From: Deferribacterales bacterium
Lineage (GTDB): Bacteria; Chrysiogenota; Deferribacteres; Deferribacterales; Geovibrionaceae
DNA length: 64,000 bases
Reading direction: 5' to 3'
NCBI GenBank assembly: GCA_050253075.1
Contig: JBFWJS010000002.1
Location: forward strand, 384,001 to 448,000
The notes beneath the pieces were generated by a model. The model ran no database searches, was not told the DNA's origin, and was given only the letters and a program-made list of their open reading frames with translations. Shown here piece by piece: positions 40,197 to 50,152 of this stretch. Every line of letters begins with the position of its first letter. Positions within the stretch are counted from its first letter, which is position 1. The position numbers and the translations under genes are program-made.

Positions 40197-41095
40197 CCCT
40201 CTATCTCCACGTAATTCGTTATTTTCTCAGTGCCTCTCATGATGTCTATAGTTATGGCACTGAGGTTTTCTGCATTTTTCAGCGCATCAAAAAAGACCGA
40301 AGGCGACTCAAGTGATTTGCCGTTAAGTCTCATTATAACATCATTCCTATTAATACCCAGTTTAAGAAGTATAGAATCTTTTGTCATCCTGCGCACACGA
40401 TAGCCCTGAAACTCGCCGTTCACTTCGAAAGGAACGATAAGCACCGATTTGATGACCTCGTTAACATCCGAAAGATTTTTAACGACTTCATCTCTCTTTA
40501 TCTTTATGGCTGAGCCTGCGCCGGATTTAGCAGCGGTAGGGGTTTTAGAATAGTTCCCCTTTACTGCGGGGTTGATCTTGTTATTGTTAAGGTCGGCGGC
40601 ATCGGGCATCTCGAGCACCAGTTTGTGCTCTTTGCCGTTCTGCTTAACCACCACATGGTAGAATCCTGTCTCTATAAGCGTGAGTCCGTCCTGCTCCACA
40701 CCGATGGAAAGAATATACTTTTTCCCGTCCAGATCGATAACAGCCATACCGTCATTTTCTCCGGTGAGGACACCGAGCAGTGTGCCTTTAAATGTAGTGG
40801 AGACAGGTACAGCAGGAGATCCGGGTGCAGAGGCTGACGACGCAGCAGAAGGAGAATCGGAGGAGTTACCGCTGAAAACGATAGCTTCGCCGAGTCTGGC
40901 TTTAAAGATGTTCTTGGAGGTTATCAGGTCGGTATCCGGCAAAACAGGCTTTTTAGCCTTTTGTTTTGACGCGGAGCCTGTCTGAATATTAAGCTCTCCT
41001 ATAGTCGACATCCCTAACCATCCGCTAACAGCCCATGCAAGACAAAACGCTGCAGCAGAGCAATAAATCAGGTAACGATAATTATATATCCTCAT
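40193..41095 (-). CDS. gspC: Type II secretion protein C (TM, HR and PDZ domains)
   Basis: N-terminal TM, LLGVLTG HR segment, PDZ (LGINRNDVIMRLNG); position before gspD. Confidence 0.82.
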   Translation of the reverse strand: MRIYNYRYLIYCSAAAFCLAWAVSGWLGMSTIGELNIQTGSASKQKAKKPVLPDTDLITSKNIFKARLGEAIVFSGNSSDSPSAASSASAPGSPAVPVSTTFKGTLLGVLTGENDGMAVIDLDGKKYILSIGVEQDGLTLIETGFYHVVVKQNGKEHKLVLEMPDAADLNNNKINPAVKGNYSKTPTAAKSGAGSAIKIKRDEVVKNLSDVNEVIKSVLIVPFEVNGEFQGYRVRRMTKDSILLKLGINRNDVIMRLNGKSLESPSVFFDALKNAENLSAITIDIMRGTEKITNYVEIEG

Positions 41096-41125
41096 GCTAC
41101 ATGCTTACCACGAATGAAGAGAATT

Positions 41126-41536
41126 TCAAACTATAAAAATGTTGAAGTTATAAAAAACATGTAAAATCATCGAATAATGTATTTTCCCAGTCCTATCATA
41201 TAGAAAACCGAATATAAGAGAAGGTATATAAACGAATATGGAGTGAGACACACCCCACACAAACACATGTGTGAATGCAAAGAGGAGAGACGCCATAATA
41301 TTCGCATATGATACGAAATATAGCCCGCCTGTGAGCTTCTGTTTTATCCACGCCTGCACCACGCCTCTGAAAAACATCTCCTCCGCCGCAGGGGCGAGTA
41401 TCAGCATCATAAAGACAGAGGCAAGGGGGAGCATGCGCAGTTCCCCGCCGTTTAAAATGCGGAAAGCAAACCATGCAAAACCGAAAGCCATAAAAATAAT
41501 TAACATAAAAATGTCAGATTGTTGATTTCTCTTCAT
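41126..41536 (-). CDS. Short CPBP (CAAX/Abi) family glutamic intramembrane protease
   Basis: APAAEEMFFRG (EExxxR), FAFTH (FxxxH), HVFYN (HxxxN). Start trimmed to ATG 41536 to avoid overlap with gspG. Confidence 0.85.
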   Translation of the reverse strand: MKRNQQSDIFMLIIFMAFGFAWFAFRILNGGELRMLPLASVFMMLILAPAAEEMFFRGVVQAWIKQKLTGGLYFVSYANIMASLLFAFTHVFVWGVSHSIFVYIPSLIFGFLYDRTGKIHYSMILHVFYNFNIFIV

Positions 41537-41612
41537 AACTAAACTATCTATTGTATAAAATGTTTTTGTCAAATATAATCTACAGCATACACTATTTATT
41601 CGGAGTTTGGTT

Positions 41613-42038
41613 ATGAGAAATAATAAAGGATTCACCATCATAGAAGTGCTTGTCGTTATTGTTATCCTCGGTATTCTGGGCAGTCTGCTCGTACCGAAGT
41701 TCCTCGATAAGCCTGACGAGGCGAGAGTCGCCAAAGCAAACCTTGACATCAAAGCCATCGAATCTGCCCTTAAGATATACAAGCTGGAAAACAGCGTATA
41801 CCCCACAACAGAGCAGGGACTCGAGGCACTCATCAGAAAGCCCGAGGTAGAGCCTATCCCTAAAAACTACAAACGCGGCGGATACATCGAAGAAAACAGC
41901 ATCAAAGACCCATGGGACAACGACTATGTCTATCGCAGCCCCGGCGAAGATGACAGAGACTACGAGATCATCTCTTACGGTGCCGACGGCAAAGAGGGCG
42001 GCGAAGACTTCAACACCGACATCAAAAGTTACGAGTAA
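41613..42038 (+). CDS. gspG: Type II secretion major pseudopilin G
   Basis: [48 protein letters not shown]. Confidence 0.96.
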   Translation: MRNNKGFTIIEVLVVIVILGILGSLLVPKFLDKPDEARVAKANLDIKAIESALKIYKLENSVYPTTEQGLEALIRKPEVEPIPKNYKRGGYIEENSIKDPWDNDYVYRSPGEDDRDYEIISYGADGKEGGEDFNTDIKSYE

Positions 42039-42041
42039 ATC

Positions 42042-42464
42042 ATGAAAAAACAGGGGTTTACCCTTGTAGAGATACTGATAGTTATAATTATCTCGGGACT
42101 CGCTCTTATGACCGTAGTCCCGAAGATAGCTCAAAACACCATCCTTTCCGATTCCACGGAAACATTTTTCAACGACATCATAGAAAAGCACCTTGCAATG
42201 GCTGACGAGCTGGGAATGTCTGTTTATATCAGAGGCACCACAGGCTCGCCCGACATACGCCTTTACAACGAAAAAGAGGATACGATAGTAACCATCCCCA
42301 AAGGCGACGTGAAATCTGCGTACATAAACGACGAGCTGGAAGACGGCTTGGAATACCGCATATATTTCTATCCCGACGGCGTGTTCGACCACTTCCGACT
42401 CGTATTCGGCGATAAGGAAGAGATAGAGGGCATCCCTATACTGCATAAGGCGGTGACACGATGA
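42042..42464 (+). CDS. gspH: Minor pseudopilin (GspH position)
   Basis: QGFTLVEILIV prepilin site; gene order. Confidence 0.75.
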   Translation: MKKQGFTLVEILIVIIISGLALMTVVPKIAQNTILSDSTETFFNDIIEKHLAMADELGMSVYIRGTTGSPDIRLYNEKEDTIVTIPKGDVKSAYINDELEDGLEYRIYFYPDGVFDHFRLVFGDKEEIEGIPILHKAVTR

Positions 42465-42796
42465 AGAAGGGATTCACACTGCTGGAGGTTCTCATAGCTA
42501 TGGCGGTGCTGTCTATCAGCATGCTCGGCATATACAGACTGTCTGCCATGTCGGTGGAGATGTCCGACTACGCAAAGGAGAAGACTCTGGTGACGGAAGC
42601 CGGCTATCAGCGTGTGCTGGAAGTATTGAACTATCCGGGCAAGGTATTTAAGGATAAGGGGCGCAATGTAATGGGCATCAGCGTCAACTACACCAGCGAC
42701 ACGGAATCGACCATATTCCCGGGTGTAAACGAGATAACCCTTACCACAGAACACGAAGGAGTAAGCACTGTCTATGTCTATTACGAACAGCAGTAA
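42461..42796 (+). CDS. gspI: Minor pseudopilin I
   Basis: KGFTLLEVLIAMAVL; size and order. Confidence 0.8.
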   Translation: MKKGFTLLEVLIAMAVLSISMLGIYRLSAMSVEMSDYAKEKTLVTEAGYQRVLEVLNYPGKVFKDKGRNVMGISVNYTSDTESTIFPGVNEITLTTEHEGVSTVYVYYEQQ

Positions 42797-43340
42797 GAAA
42801 GGCTTTACCCTCATAGAGGTCCTCATCGCTCTGGTGCTCTCTTCGATGGTTCTGGCGGGGGTATATACCACATTCAGCTCTCTGCTGAACACCAAAGAAG
42901 CAACAGAAGACAGCTATTATAAGAATAACCTGCTCATATCCGCCAGAAAGCTGGTGAAGCCCGATATGATGCAGATGCATAAAGAAAGCCTGAGCATAAC
43001 CACCAGAGACGGAAATGACGCCCTTTCATTCATCACAAACAACAGCATAAAGCTCGAAAAGGCCGTCCCCGTGACCGTCACATACTACGTAGAAGATGAC
43101 TACCTGATAAGGGAAGAAAAGAATACATCCATGAACTATGAATGGAAGATGCCGCTGATAGGCAATGTGACAGAATTCAAAATTCAGTCCCACAACGGCA
43201 ACACCTTTACCGACGAATACGACAGAATGGACACCATAGTCAAAGTCACCTTTAAAGTGAAAGAATACGAAGTAGCTTTCATAGCAGGATGCGGACACCT
43301 CAGCCTTTCATCGGACTATCTGGGGGGCACATGGAACTAA
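42774..43340 (+). CDS. gspJ: Minor pseudopilin J
   Basis: KGFTLIEVLIAL; gene order. Confidence 0.78.
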   Translation: MSITNSSKKGFTLIEVLIALVLSSMVLAGVYTTFSSLLNTKEATEDSYYKNNLLISARKLVKPDMMQMHKESLSITTRDGNDALSFITNNSIKLEKAVPVTVTYYVEDDYLIREEKNTSMNYEWKMPLIGNVTEFKIQSHNGNTFTDEYDRMDTIVKVTFKVKEYEVAFIAGCGHLSLSSDYLGGTWN

Positions 43341-44254
43341 ACAAAAAAGGCTCCGTGCTTGTATTCGTCCTTGTGTTCATAGCATTCGCAGCATCCACTG
43401 TGCTGTTGATACACGAGCGCAGTACAAAGAGCGTCTCGGATGTATCCGAAGACTTTTATGAAAATCAGGCAAACATATACGCCATGACAGCCATGACTGC
43501 CATCAGTCAGGTTCTGGAAGATGACGACTCGTCCTTTGACTCCCGCTACGACGACTGGAACCTTATCCCGCTGGTGGAGATACCATTCGGAGTGATATCC
43601 GTATCGGTAAAACCCGTGAATGCTAAAATATCCCTGAACGGCATGCTGGACACAGACACGGCAGTGGCCGCCAGATATTTCGAAGCATGTACGAACCTTT
43701 CGGATAATCTGGAGGTAGACAGCCTTGAGTGCGGGGTAATAAAAGACTATATAGATTCAGACAGCGAACTCAGCGACGGCGGTGCGGAAAATGCCCAGTA
43801 TGAGCTGAACGGCATAACCATACGTACAAAGAACGCCCCGCTGGAAAGCCTTTATGAGCTGCGCCTGCTGATGAACAACAACGAAGAATTCTCTAAGATC
43901 AGAGACAACCTGACGGTTTTTAACCCTGAAAAGGCTATAAACATAAACTTTGCAAATGCAGAAACTATCTCTGCTCTGCTCCCCGAGCTGGAGCCGTATG
44001 CAGAGGAGATAGTCAAATATGCGGACTCGCACGAAATGAAGGACGCATCAAACATACAGGAAGCAACAGACATCCCTCAGGATATCTATGTGGCGGTGCT
44101 TCCGTACATTACAGTAAAAAGCACTTTATTTTACGTTAAGACTGAAGTAACCTTAAACGATGTTCCGCACTATTATCATGCATTGATAAAGCGCAGCGGA
44201 TCAACGGCACAGATAGTCAAATTTCTGGCAGGAATTAATGGACAATACTACTAA
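43331..44254 (+). CDS. gspK: Minor pseudopilin K
   Basis: KGSVLVFVL (lacks E5, typical of GspK), DYIDSD, KNAPLESLYEL, ININFA. Confidence 0.85.
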   Translation: MELNKKGSVLVFVLVFIAFAASTVLLIHERSTKSVSDVSEDFYENQANIYAMTAMTAISQVLEDDDSSFDSRYDDWNLIPLVEIPFGVISVSVKPVNAKISLNGMLDTDTAVAARYFEACTNLSDNLEVDSLECGVIKDYIDSDSELSDGGAENAQYELNGITIRTKNAPLESLYELRLLMNNNEEFSKIRDNLTVFNPEKAININFANAETISALLPELEPYAEEIVKYADSHEMKDASNIQEATDIPQDIYVAVLPYITVKSTLFYVKTEVTLNDVPHYYHALIKRSGSTAQIVKFLAGINGQYY

Positions 44255-45227
44255 ACAGTTTATTTATTTTGAGAATCAAAAGTTTTACGCTCTTACACCC
44301 GCAGGGAAACATCAGCTGGGCTCGGACGAGCTGACGAATATGAAGTCGGGCTATGTCCTCATCATATCAGACAGCGAGCTGTTCTACACCACTATGGAGT
44401 TCCCCGACGCACCAAAGCGTAAACTTGACGTATTCATATCTAACTACCTGCAGGGCACTTTCCCGGGGCAGCTTTGCAGCAGGTTCTGCTATCAGCAGAA
44501 AAACGACAAAATACTCATCGGTATATTCAGCGCATCCTTTGACGAATTCTTTCAGGAAAATTCGGCGGTCTTCTCAAAGGCGGCATACATCACATCCCCT
44601 CTGTCGGGCGTGTATGCAGAGAACGACACATTCGGATATATCGCAGGCGGTCTCCCTCTCACGGTTCAGGAGGGCATAATAGTAAACACCGCAGAAACAG
44701 AGCAAGTGCTCAGTCCGGACATGGCTCCGGCCATCACGGCTAAGCTCGTCGTCCCGTTTGTGAAGAACATGAGCTCCTCTCTGAATGTATACCGTGTGCC
44801 TGCGGCAGTACTCCTAGCGTGCTTCCTCGTCTTTTGCGTGGGTGACTATTTCAGGCTGAAAGCCTATAAGGACAAACTGGCTCAGGCGGAACTCGCCCTT
44901 GAGAACATTTATAAAAAAGCAGGAGTCGCAGGAAAACGTGACCCATACGGCATGCTCCTCGGTATGGCGGGCGGAGACGAAACAGGCGACACATACCGCA
45001 CGCTCTTCCTGCTGGAAGTGATAAGTAAATCATCCAATGAAAATATCACAGCGGAAAACCTTGATATCAAACTGAATAATGTAACAATTCAAGGGACAAG
45101 CACAGACTATACCTTCCTCGAGGAATTCCAGAAGAGTCTGGCTGACAACACTAAAAAGAATGTCAGCATTGTAGACACAGTTAAAAAGGACGAAGGGATA
45201 TCCTTCACCCTGAGGCTGGATATATGA
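44238..45227 (+). CDS. gspL: GspL-like bitopic membrane protein
   Basis: Cytoplasmic N-domain, central TM, PilN-like C-terminus; called mainly by position. Confidence 0.6.
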   Translation: MDNTTKQFIYFENQKFYALTPAGKHQLGSDELTNMKSGYVLIISDSELFYTTMEFPDAPKRKLDVFISNYLQGTFPGQLCSRFCYQQKNDKILIGIFSASFDEFFQENSAVFSKAAYITSPLSGVYAENDTFGYIAGGLPLTVQEGIIVNTAETEQVLSPDMAPAITAKLVVPFVKNMSSSLNVYRVPAAVLLACFLVFCVGDYFRLKAYKDKLAQAELALENIYKKAGVAGKRDPYGMLLGMAGGDETGDTYRTLFLLEVISKSSNENITAENLDIKLNNVTIQGTSTDYTFLEEFQKSLADNTKKNVSIVDTVKKDEGISFTLRLDI

Positions 45228-45709
45228 AAAACATGAACATTAAAATAGATTTCAACAGACAGCTCGTTTTAACATACGCTGCTGTGATAGGCGGTATATT
45301 CCTGCTGTTCTACTGGACACACCTCGGGTTCGCATCCGCTATCAAAAGCACGAAGAGCAGCATCTCCACAATGGAGGAGAGGATAGAAAAGGCATCTGTA
45401 CTCGCAGCAGCCGCAAAACGCTCGGGAAACAAACAGTCAGGTATAAACACGGGTCTGCTCTCTTTCCTCCAGACCAGCGCTGAAAAGACAGGGCTCGAAG
45501 GGCGCATCGCCAGCATAAGACCAAAAACTGTCCCCGGTGCATCCGAAGCAGCCACCGTCAGGGTGGAAAATCTTAATTATAACGAGATGATAGCCTTCCT
45601 CCGCTCAGTAGAGCGATACGGAAACCTCACATCCAGCAATGTAAAGATCAATAAAAGATTCGACGATGCAGCAATGCTGAACCTGACTATGGATGTTGTG
45701 AAACGATGA
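45224..45709 (+). CDS. gspM: GspM-like protein
   Basis: N-terminal TM, coiled coil, ferredoxin-like C-terminus; position. Confidence 0.7.
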   Translation: MKNMNIKIDFNRQLVLTYAAVIGGIFLLFYWTHLGFASAIKSTKSSISTMEERIEKASVLAAAAKRSGNKQSGINTGLLSFLQTSAEKTGLEGRIASIRPKTVPGASEAATVRVENLNYNEMIAFLRSVERYGNLTSSNVKINKRFDDAAMLNLTMDVVKR

Positions 45710-46416
45710 AAAAACAGATAATCGCAGCATCGGTACTCTCAGTAGTAATATTCATCTTCACCCTCTGGCTCACACTGCCGTATGAGAACTTTGTATTAAA
45801 GGCTCTCACACAGACAGAGAAACAGGGTGGTATATCCATATCATTCTCCGACATATCGTCAGGTCCGCTCTCCACAACACTCGAAGAGCTGGAGCTGAAC
45901 GGAAACCCGATAGGTACTGTCAAACTTTCCTATTCACCGATTAAGCTGATAATGGGCAAGGTGGGGTATAGAACATCAGGCGCAGTGAACGCAGCAGGGA
46001 TACTCTCCTCCGACGACATCACTTTCAAAGGGAGAGTCAGCTCAGGGCTGATAAACGGGCTCACCGATGAACTCAGCATCACGGGAGACCTGCAGGCAGA
46101 CATAAAGGCAAACCCTGAAACAAACAGAGCGGGATTTGCCGTATTTGCTGAAAAACTGAAGCTGAACACACCTATGGGACCGATGGATTTTGAAAAAGTA
46201 ACCGCAGAAGCAGTTCTGGGCGACAACCGTCTCACCATAAACAAGCTGACATCAGAAGACAGCATGGAGCTTAATCTTAAAGGAACCGTAAGGTTTAACC
46301 CGAAAGATATGACACGCTCCCTTGTGGATATGAGCGGTACGGTTAATTTTCTGGGAGAGCAGAAACAGCTTACCCTGAAAGGGCTCGCCGACAACATTCA
46401 GCCGTCAATCAGATAA
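45706..46416 (+). CDS. gspN: GspN-like protein
   Basis: N-terminal TM followed by LTLPYE and a beta-rich body; last gene of the cluster. Confidence 0.65.
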   Translation: MKKQIIAASVLSVVIFIFTLWLTLPYENFVLKALTQTEKQGGISISFSDISSGPLSTTLEELELNGNPIGTVKLSYSPIKLIMGKVGYRTSGAVNAAGILSSDDITFKGRVSSGLINGLTDELSITGDLQADIKANPETNRAGFAVFAEKLKLNTPMGPMDFEKVTAEAVLGDNRLTINKLTSEDSMELNLKGTVRFNPKDMTRSLVDMSGTVNFLGEQKQLTLKGLADNIQPSIR

Positions 46417-47781
46417 ACGTTCGAAATAGTAATAGATGTTTCCGTCCAGTTCACGGCGGAGCATGTATGCTTTATCCGAGCTGTTCACAACCTTGGCAAA
46501 TCTGTATATTTCTCTGCCGTCAGGCGTCTGCAGAGCACCCTTTTTAAAGTCGAATCTGTGGTCGCATTCGGCGGGCATTTCGTCCACCTTATGGGTATCG
46601 CCTTTTGCAGATATGTATTTCACGCTGTTGTCAAAGTCTCTGAAATATGCCCTGCCGTCATTCAGGCAGAGCTTTTTATCATTGGAGGCAAGTGCAAGGG
46701 ACTTTTTATATGTCAATGTGGTGTCTATGAAGTTTACCACACCCTCTTTCTTCAGAAATATCATCCCGTCACGTATAAGCCCGCTGTCGGCATCCGCAGG
46801 GGATTCATAGGCTATGTCCAGCCCGAAAATATAACCATCGCAAAAGAGCATCCCGCCACGTTTAAGGAAGAAGCAGCCGTCTTTCGCCTGAACGCTTTCG
46901 GCCTGTTTTATCTCGCCGGATTCATAATCTGCGGTCAGCTTCATCAGCTTATTATCCTCGTCATAGACGTATATGTCGTCCCCTTCGTAATAAAGCTGTT
47001 TAAATTTGACCGTGTCGTGGTATATGGCTCTGTATTTACCTGACCGTGCGCTCATAATGGCTATCTTGCCGTTTTCATTTGCGAACATTATGTTGTTTCC
47101 AGAAAGGCTGCCCGCTACGACAGCACCGAGAAAACTTCCCGAAGAAACCTTTGCAACATGCTTATTATCATAAAGCTCGAAAGCGTTATTCGTGAATTCC
47201 AGCATAAAGTTATTTGAAAGGCTGAATCCCGTGTGCAGGGATGATGTCTCGTATATCACTCCGCACTGGGAAATGTCCGCCAGCACGGTCTTATTTACCC
47301 CTGTCACGAGGACGATATCCCCCTCCATCTTCATGGAGAGATACTTATCCTCAGGGAGAAACATTTTCGGACATTCGGTTCTGTTTGTTTCCAGCTCTGA
47401 GCCTTTTAAAAGTGTGAAACGCCCGTTCTCATAGTCGAGGTCGATCACATCGTCTGCGATGTGCTTCACTGTCGGTTCGAGAGTATATTTCACTATGGAG
47501 GAAAGAGTTATATCTGAATCTGGCATGGTCTTCATGAATTCGTCAGGGTCGGCACCCGCCACCAGACCTTTCTTTATGTTATAGCTGACGCTGTGCGTAT
47601 CAAGTCTTTCCACAGGTGCAGTTGCAGCACAAGCATTAAGCAGCAGCAGCATAAGCACCGCATTGCCCATACGGAAAAATCTGAGGATCTTAGTACGCTT
47701 CTTCAGCCTGGGATACACCTTCGACATAAGCTCCCTCTTCTCAGCATCTGTAATTTCCATCGTTTTCCGATCAGAAACCAA
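46405..47781 (-). CDS. Hypothetical beta-rich putative lipoprotein
   Basis: Lipobox-like LLLLNAC at about residue 51; overlaps the murB stop; true start uncertain. Confidence 0.65.
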   Translation of the reverse strand: MVSDRKTMEITDAEKRELMSKVYPRLKKRTKILRFFRMGNAVLMLLLLNACAATAPVERLDTHSVSYNIKKGLVAGADPDEFMKTMPDSDITLSSIVKYTLEPTVKHIADDVIDLDYENGRFTLLKGSELETNRTECPKMFLPEDKYLSMKMEGDIVLVTGVNKTVLADISQCGVIYETSSLHTGFSLSNNFMLEFTNNAFELYDNKHVAKVSSGSFLGAVVAGSLSGNNIMFANENGKIAIMSARSGKYRAIYHDTVKFKQLYYEGDDIYVYDEDNKLMKLTADYESGEIKQAESVQAKDGCFFLKRGGMLFCDGYIFGLDIAYESPADADSGLIRDGMIFLKKEGVVNFIDTTLTYKKSLALASNDKKLCLNDGRAYFRDFDNSVKYISAKGDTHKVDEMPAECDHRFDFKKGALQTPDGREIYRFAKVVNSSDKAYMLRRELDGNIYYYFERLSD

Positions 47782-48625
47782 TGAACCTCACCTCTTTTTC
47801 AAGCTGTACGCCTGTTTCCTTCAGCACAGTTTCCTGCACATGGTTTATAAGGTCATAAATGTCTTTCGACTTTGCCTTTCCGACATTTACTATAAAGTTA
47901 GCATGTTTTTCGGAGATTTGCGCTCCGCCTATTTTAAAACCTTTCAGCCCGCACTGCTCTATCAGCGCACCTGCATAGTTCCCCTCGGGGCGTTTGAAAA
48001 CAGACCCGCATGAAGGATACTCCAGAGGCTGTTTCTCAGCACGTTTCGCCAGTATCTCGGCACGCTTCGCCTTAAGCTCTGCCTTGTCAGCATGCTCCAG
48101 TTTCAGCCCGAGCCCTGTCACGATACCGCTCAGGTTCTCCGCCTTTCTGTATCCGAAGCCCGCTTCCTCAGCGGGGACGCTCTTTATCACGCCGTCGTAT
48201 CCGCACATCTCCACAGTGATGGCGATGTCCTTTATCTCAGTGCCGAATGCGCCCGCATTCATCATGACTGCTCCGCCCACAGAGCCGGGGATGCCGGACA
48301 TATTCTCTATCCCTGCGAGCCCCGCTTCCACGCACTGCTCTATCAGAGCATCCAGACGGACACCTGCGCCTGCGTATACGAGGTCGTTTTCTATCTGTAC
48401 TTCGTCATTCATACATCTGGTGCTGATGACGAGCCCTTTCACGCCCTTGTCGCTTATCAGCACGTTGTTCCCCGTGCCTATCAGAGTGACGGCTATGCCG
48501 TTGTCCGATGCAAATTTCAGTAGTACTTTAAGGTCGAATGTATCTGTCGGGCAGGAGAAAAACTCCGCCTTTCCGCCAGTTTTATAACTGCAGTAATCTT
48601 TCAGTGAAACTTTTTTATCAATCAT
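47771..48625 (-). CDS. murB: UDP-N-acetylenolpyruvoylglucosamine reductase
   Basis: GIPGSVGGAVMMNAGAFG, QPLEYPSCGSVFKRP, SEKHANFIVN. Confidence 0.96.
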   Translation of the reverse strand: MIDKKVSLKDYCSYKTGGKAEFFSCPTDTFDLKVLLKFASDNGIAVTLIGTGNNVLISDKGVKGLVISTRCMNDEVQIENDLVYAGAGVRLDALIEQCVEAGLAGIENMSGIPGSVGGAVMMNAGAFGTEIKDIAITVEMCGYDGVIKSVPAEEAGFGYRKAENLSGIVTGLGLKLEHADKAELKAKRAEILAKRAEKQPLEYPSCGSVFKRPEGNYAGALIEQCGLKGFKIGGAQISEKHANFIVNVGKAKSKDIYDLINHVQETVLKETGVQLEKEVRFIGF

Positions 48626-49415
48626 TTTTACTTATCTTTGTCCCTGCGAGAGCCGTCGGGCATCCGCATGTCCTGTCTTCGTTAAAATATACGGGTATCA
48701 TGGAAACTATGCTTTTCAGCTTTTCCATGGCTTTACCCATCTCTTCCACAACCTCGTCGGCTGTCAGCTTCGTTTTGGAAGTGCCCGCCGCATAGTTTGT
48801 TATCACGCTGATGTTTGCATAGCATAGCTCTATCTCACGGGCGAGAGCACACTCGGGGAAGAGGGTCATGCCCACAAGGTCTGCACCCCATCTGTCGAAT
48901 GCTTTGATCTCTGCCGCAGTTTCCAGCCTCGGGCCGTTGGTGCATATGTACGTACCTTTGGTCGCAACATCCACGTCTGCGGATTCCGCCGCATTTTCAA
49001 GCACGCCTCTCAGCCTCGGGCAGAATGGCTCTGTGAAGTCTATGTGGTTGATGAGCCCGCCGTCATAGTATGTATGCTGACGGCCGTTTGTCATGTCTAT
49101 GCCGTCGTCGGGTATTATTATATCGCCCGGCTTATATGAGCTGTTTATACCGCCTGTGGCAGTGATGGAAACTATATGGCTGATACCGAGGCGTTTGAAT
49201 CCGTCGATGTTCGCCCTGTAGTTTACCTTATGGGGCGGTATGGAGTGCTTTCTGCCATGCCTGTTGAGGAAGTAGAAACGCACATCGTTGTAGGTGAAAA
49301 CACGGTAAGTGTCCGAGGGCTCACCATACTCTGTCTGCATGATGATCTCTTCCTGATATTCGAATCCTTCGATATCGTAAAGTCCGCTTCCGCCGATGAT
49401 TCCGAGCTTTCTCAT
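48618..49415 (-). CDS. mtnP: S-methyl-5'-thioadenosine/thioinosine phosphorylase
   Basis: GIIGGSG, RHGRKHSIPPHKVNYRAN, GPRLETAAE, VGMT, TNYAAG. Asn in this last motif is more typical of inosine-preferring members (inference). Confidence 0.88.
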   Translation of the reverse strand: MRKLGIIGGSGLYDIEGFEYQEEIIMQTEYGEPSDTYRVFTYNDVRFYFLNRHGRKHSIPPHKVNYRANIDGFKRLGISHIVSITATGGINSSYKPGDIIIPDDGIDMTNGRQHTYYDGGLINHIDFTEPFCPRLRGVLENAAESADVDVATKGTYICTNGPRLETAAEIKAFDRWGADLVGMTLFPECALAREIELCYANISVITNYAAGTSKTKLTADEVVEEMGKAMEKLKSIVSMIPVYFNEDRTCGCPTALAGTKISKND

Positions 49416-50080
49416 GATTTCTCCATCTCGATCTTACGATCACAGGCACCTGCTATGCCCTCGTCGTGGGTTACTATCAGAACGGTGATGCCGTCCTGCT
49501 TCATAATGTCGAACATGCTGAGAACCTCTTCGCTGTTCTTCTTATCCAGACTGCCCGTAGGCTCGTCTGCGAGTATCATCCTCGGCTTGTTCATCAGGGC
49601 ACGGGCTATGGACGTACGCTGCTGTTCGCCCCCCGAAAGCTCGGTTGGGAAGTGCGTAGACCTGTCTGCCAGTCCCACACGGGTCAGCAGCTCCATAGCT
49701 CTGTCATGAGCCTCTGCTCTGCCCGTACCTGCTATCAGTGCGGGTATCATGACATTTTCCAAAGCGGTAAAGTCTTCCAGCAGATAATGAAACTGAAACA
49801 CGAAACCGACAGCATCATTGCGGTATCTGTCGAGATGCTTCCCCTTTTTCTCAAGGATGTTTTCACCCTCGAACATTATGACACCGCTGTCGGGCTTGTC
49901 CAGCCCTCCGATGATCTGGAGCAGGGTCGATTTCCCCGCACCCGAAGGTCCGACGATGGCAACACGCTCGCCCGCCTCTACCTTCATGCAGAAATCTTTT
50001 AATACATCAAGAGCATAGTGCCCTTTTACAAAGCTTTTATTGAGATTGATTATTTCAAGCAATTTAAAATCCTTTGCCAA
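49412..50080 (-). CDS. lolD: LolD-like ABC transporter ATP-binding protein
   Basis: GPSGAGKSTLL, GFVFQFHYLLEDFTALENV, LSGGEQQR, ADEPTG. Confidence 0.82.
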   Translation of the reverse strand: MAKDFKLLEIINLNKSFVKGHYALDVLKDFCMKVEAGERVAIVGPSGAGKSTLLQIIGGLDKPDSGVIMFEGENILEKKGKHLDRYRNDAVGFVFQFHYLLEDFTALENVMIPALIAGTGRAEAHDRAMELLTRVGLADRSTHFPTELSGGEQQRTSIARALMNKPRMILADEPTGSLDKKNSEEVLSMFDIMKQDGITVLIVTHDEGIAGACDRKIEMEKS

Positions 50081-50152
50081 GATTGCAGGCGCACGCCTAC
50101 AGTAGAAATACTAATACAATTAGAAGGAAAAATCACCCGTTTTAGGGGAAAA

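Noticed and set aside
41537..41833. N-terminal extension of the CPBP protease ORF (235 aa as listed)
   Set aside because: It is antisense to gspG; the plausible start is ATG 41536.
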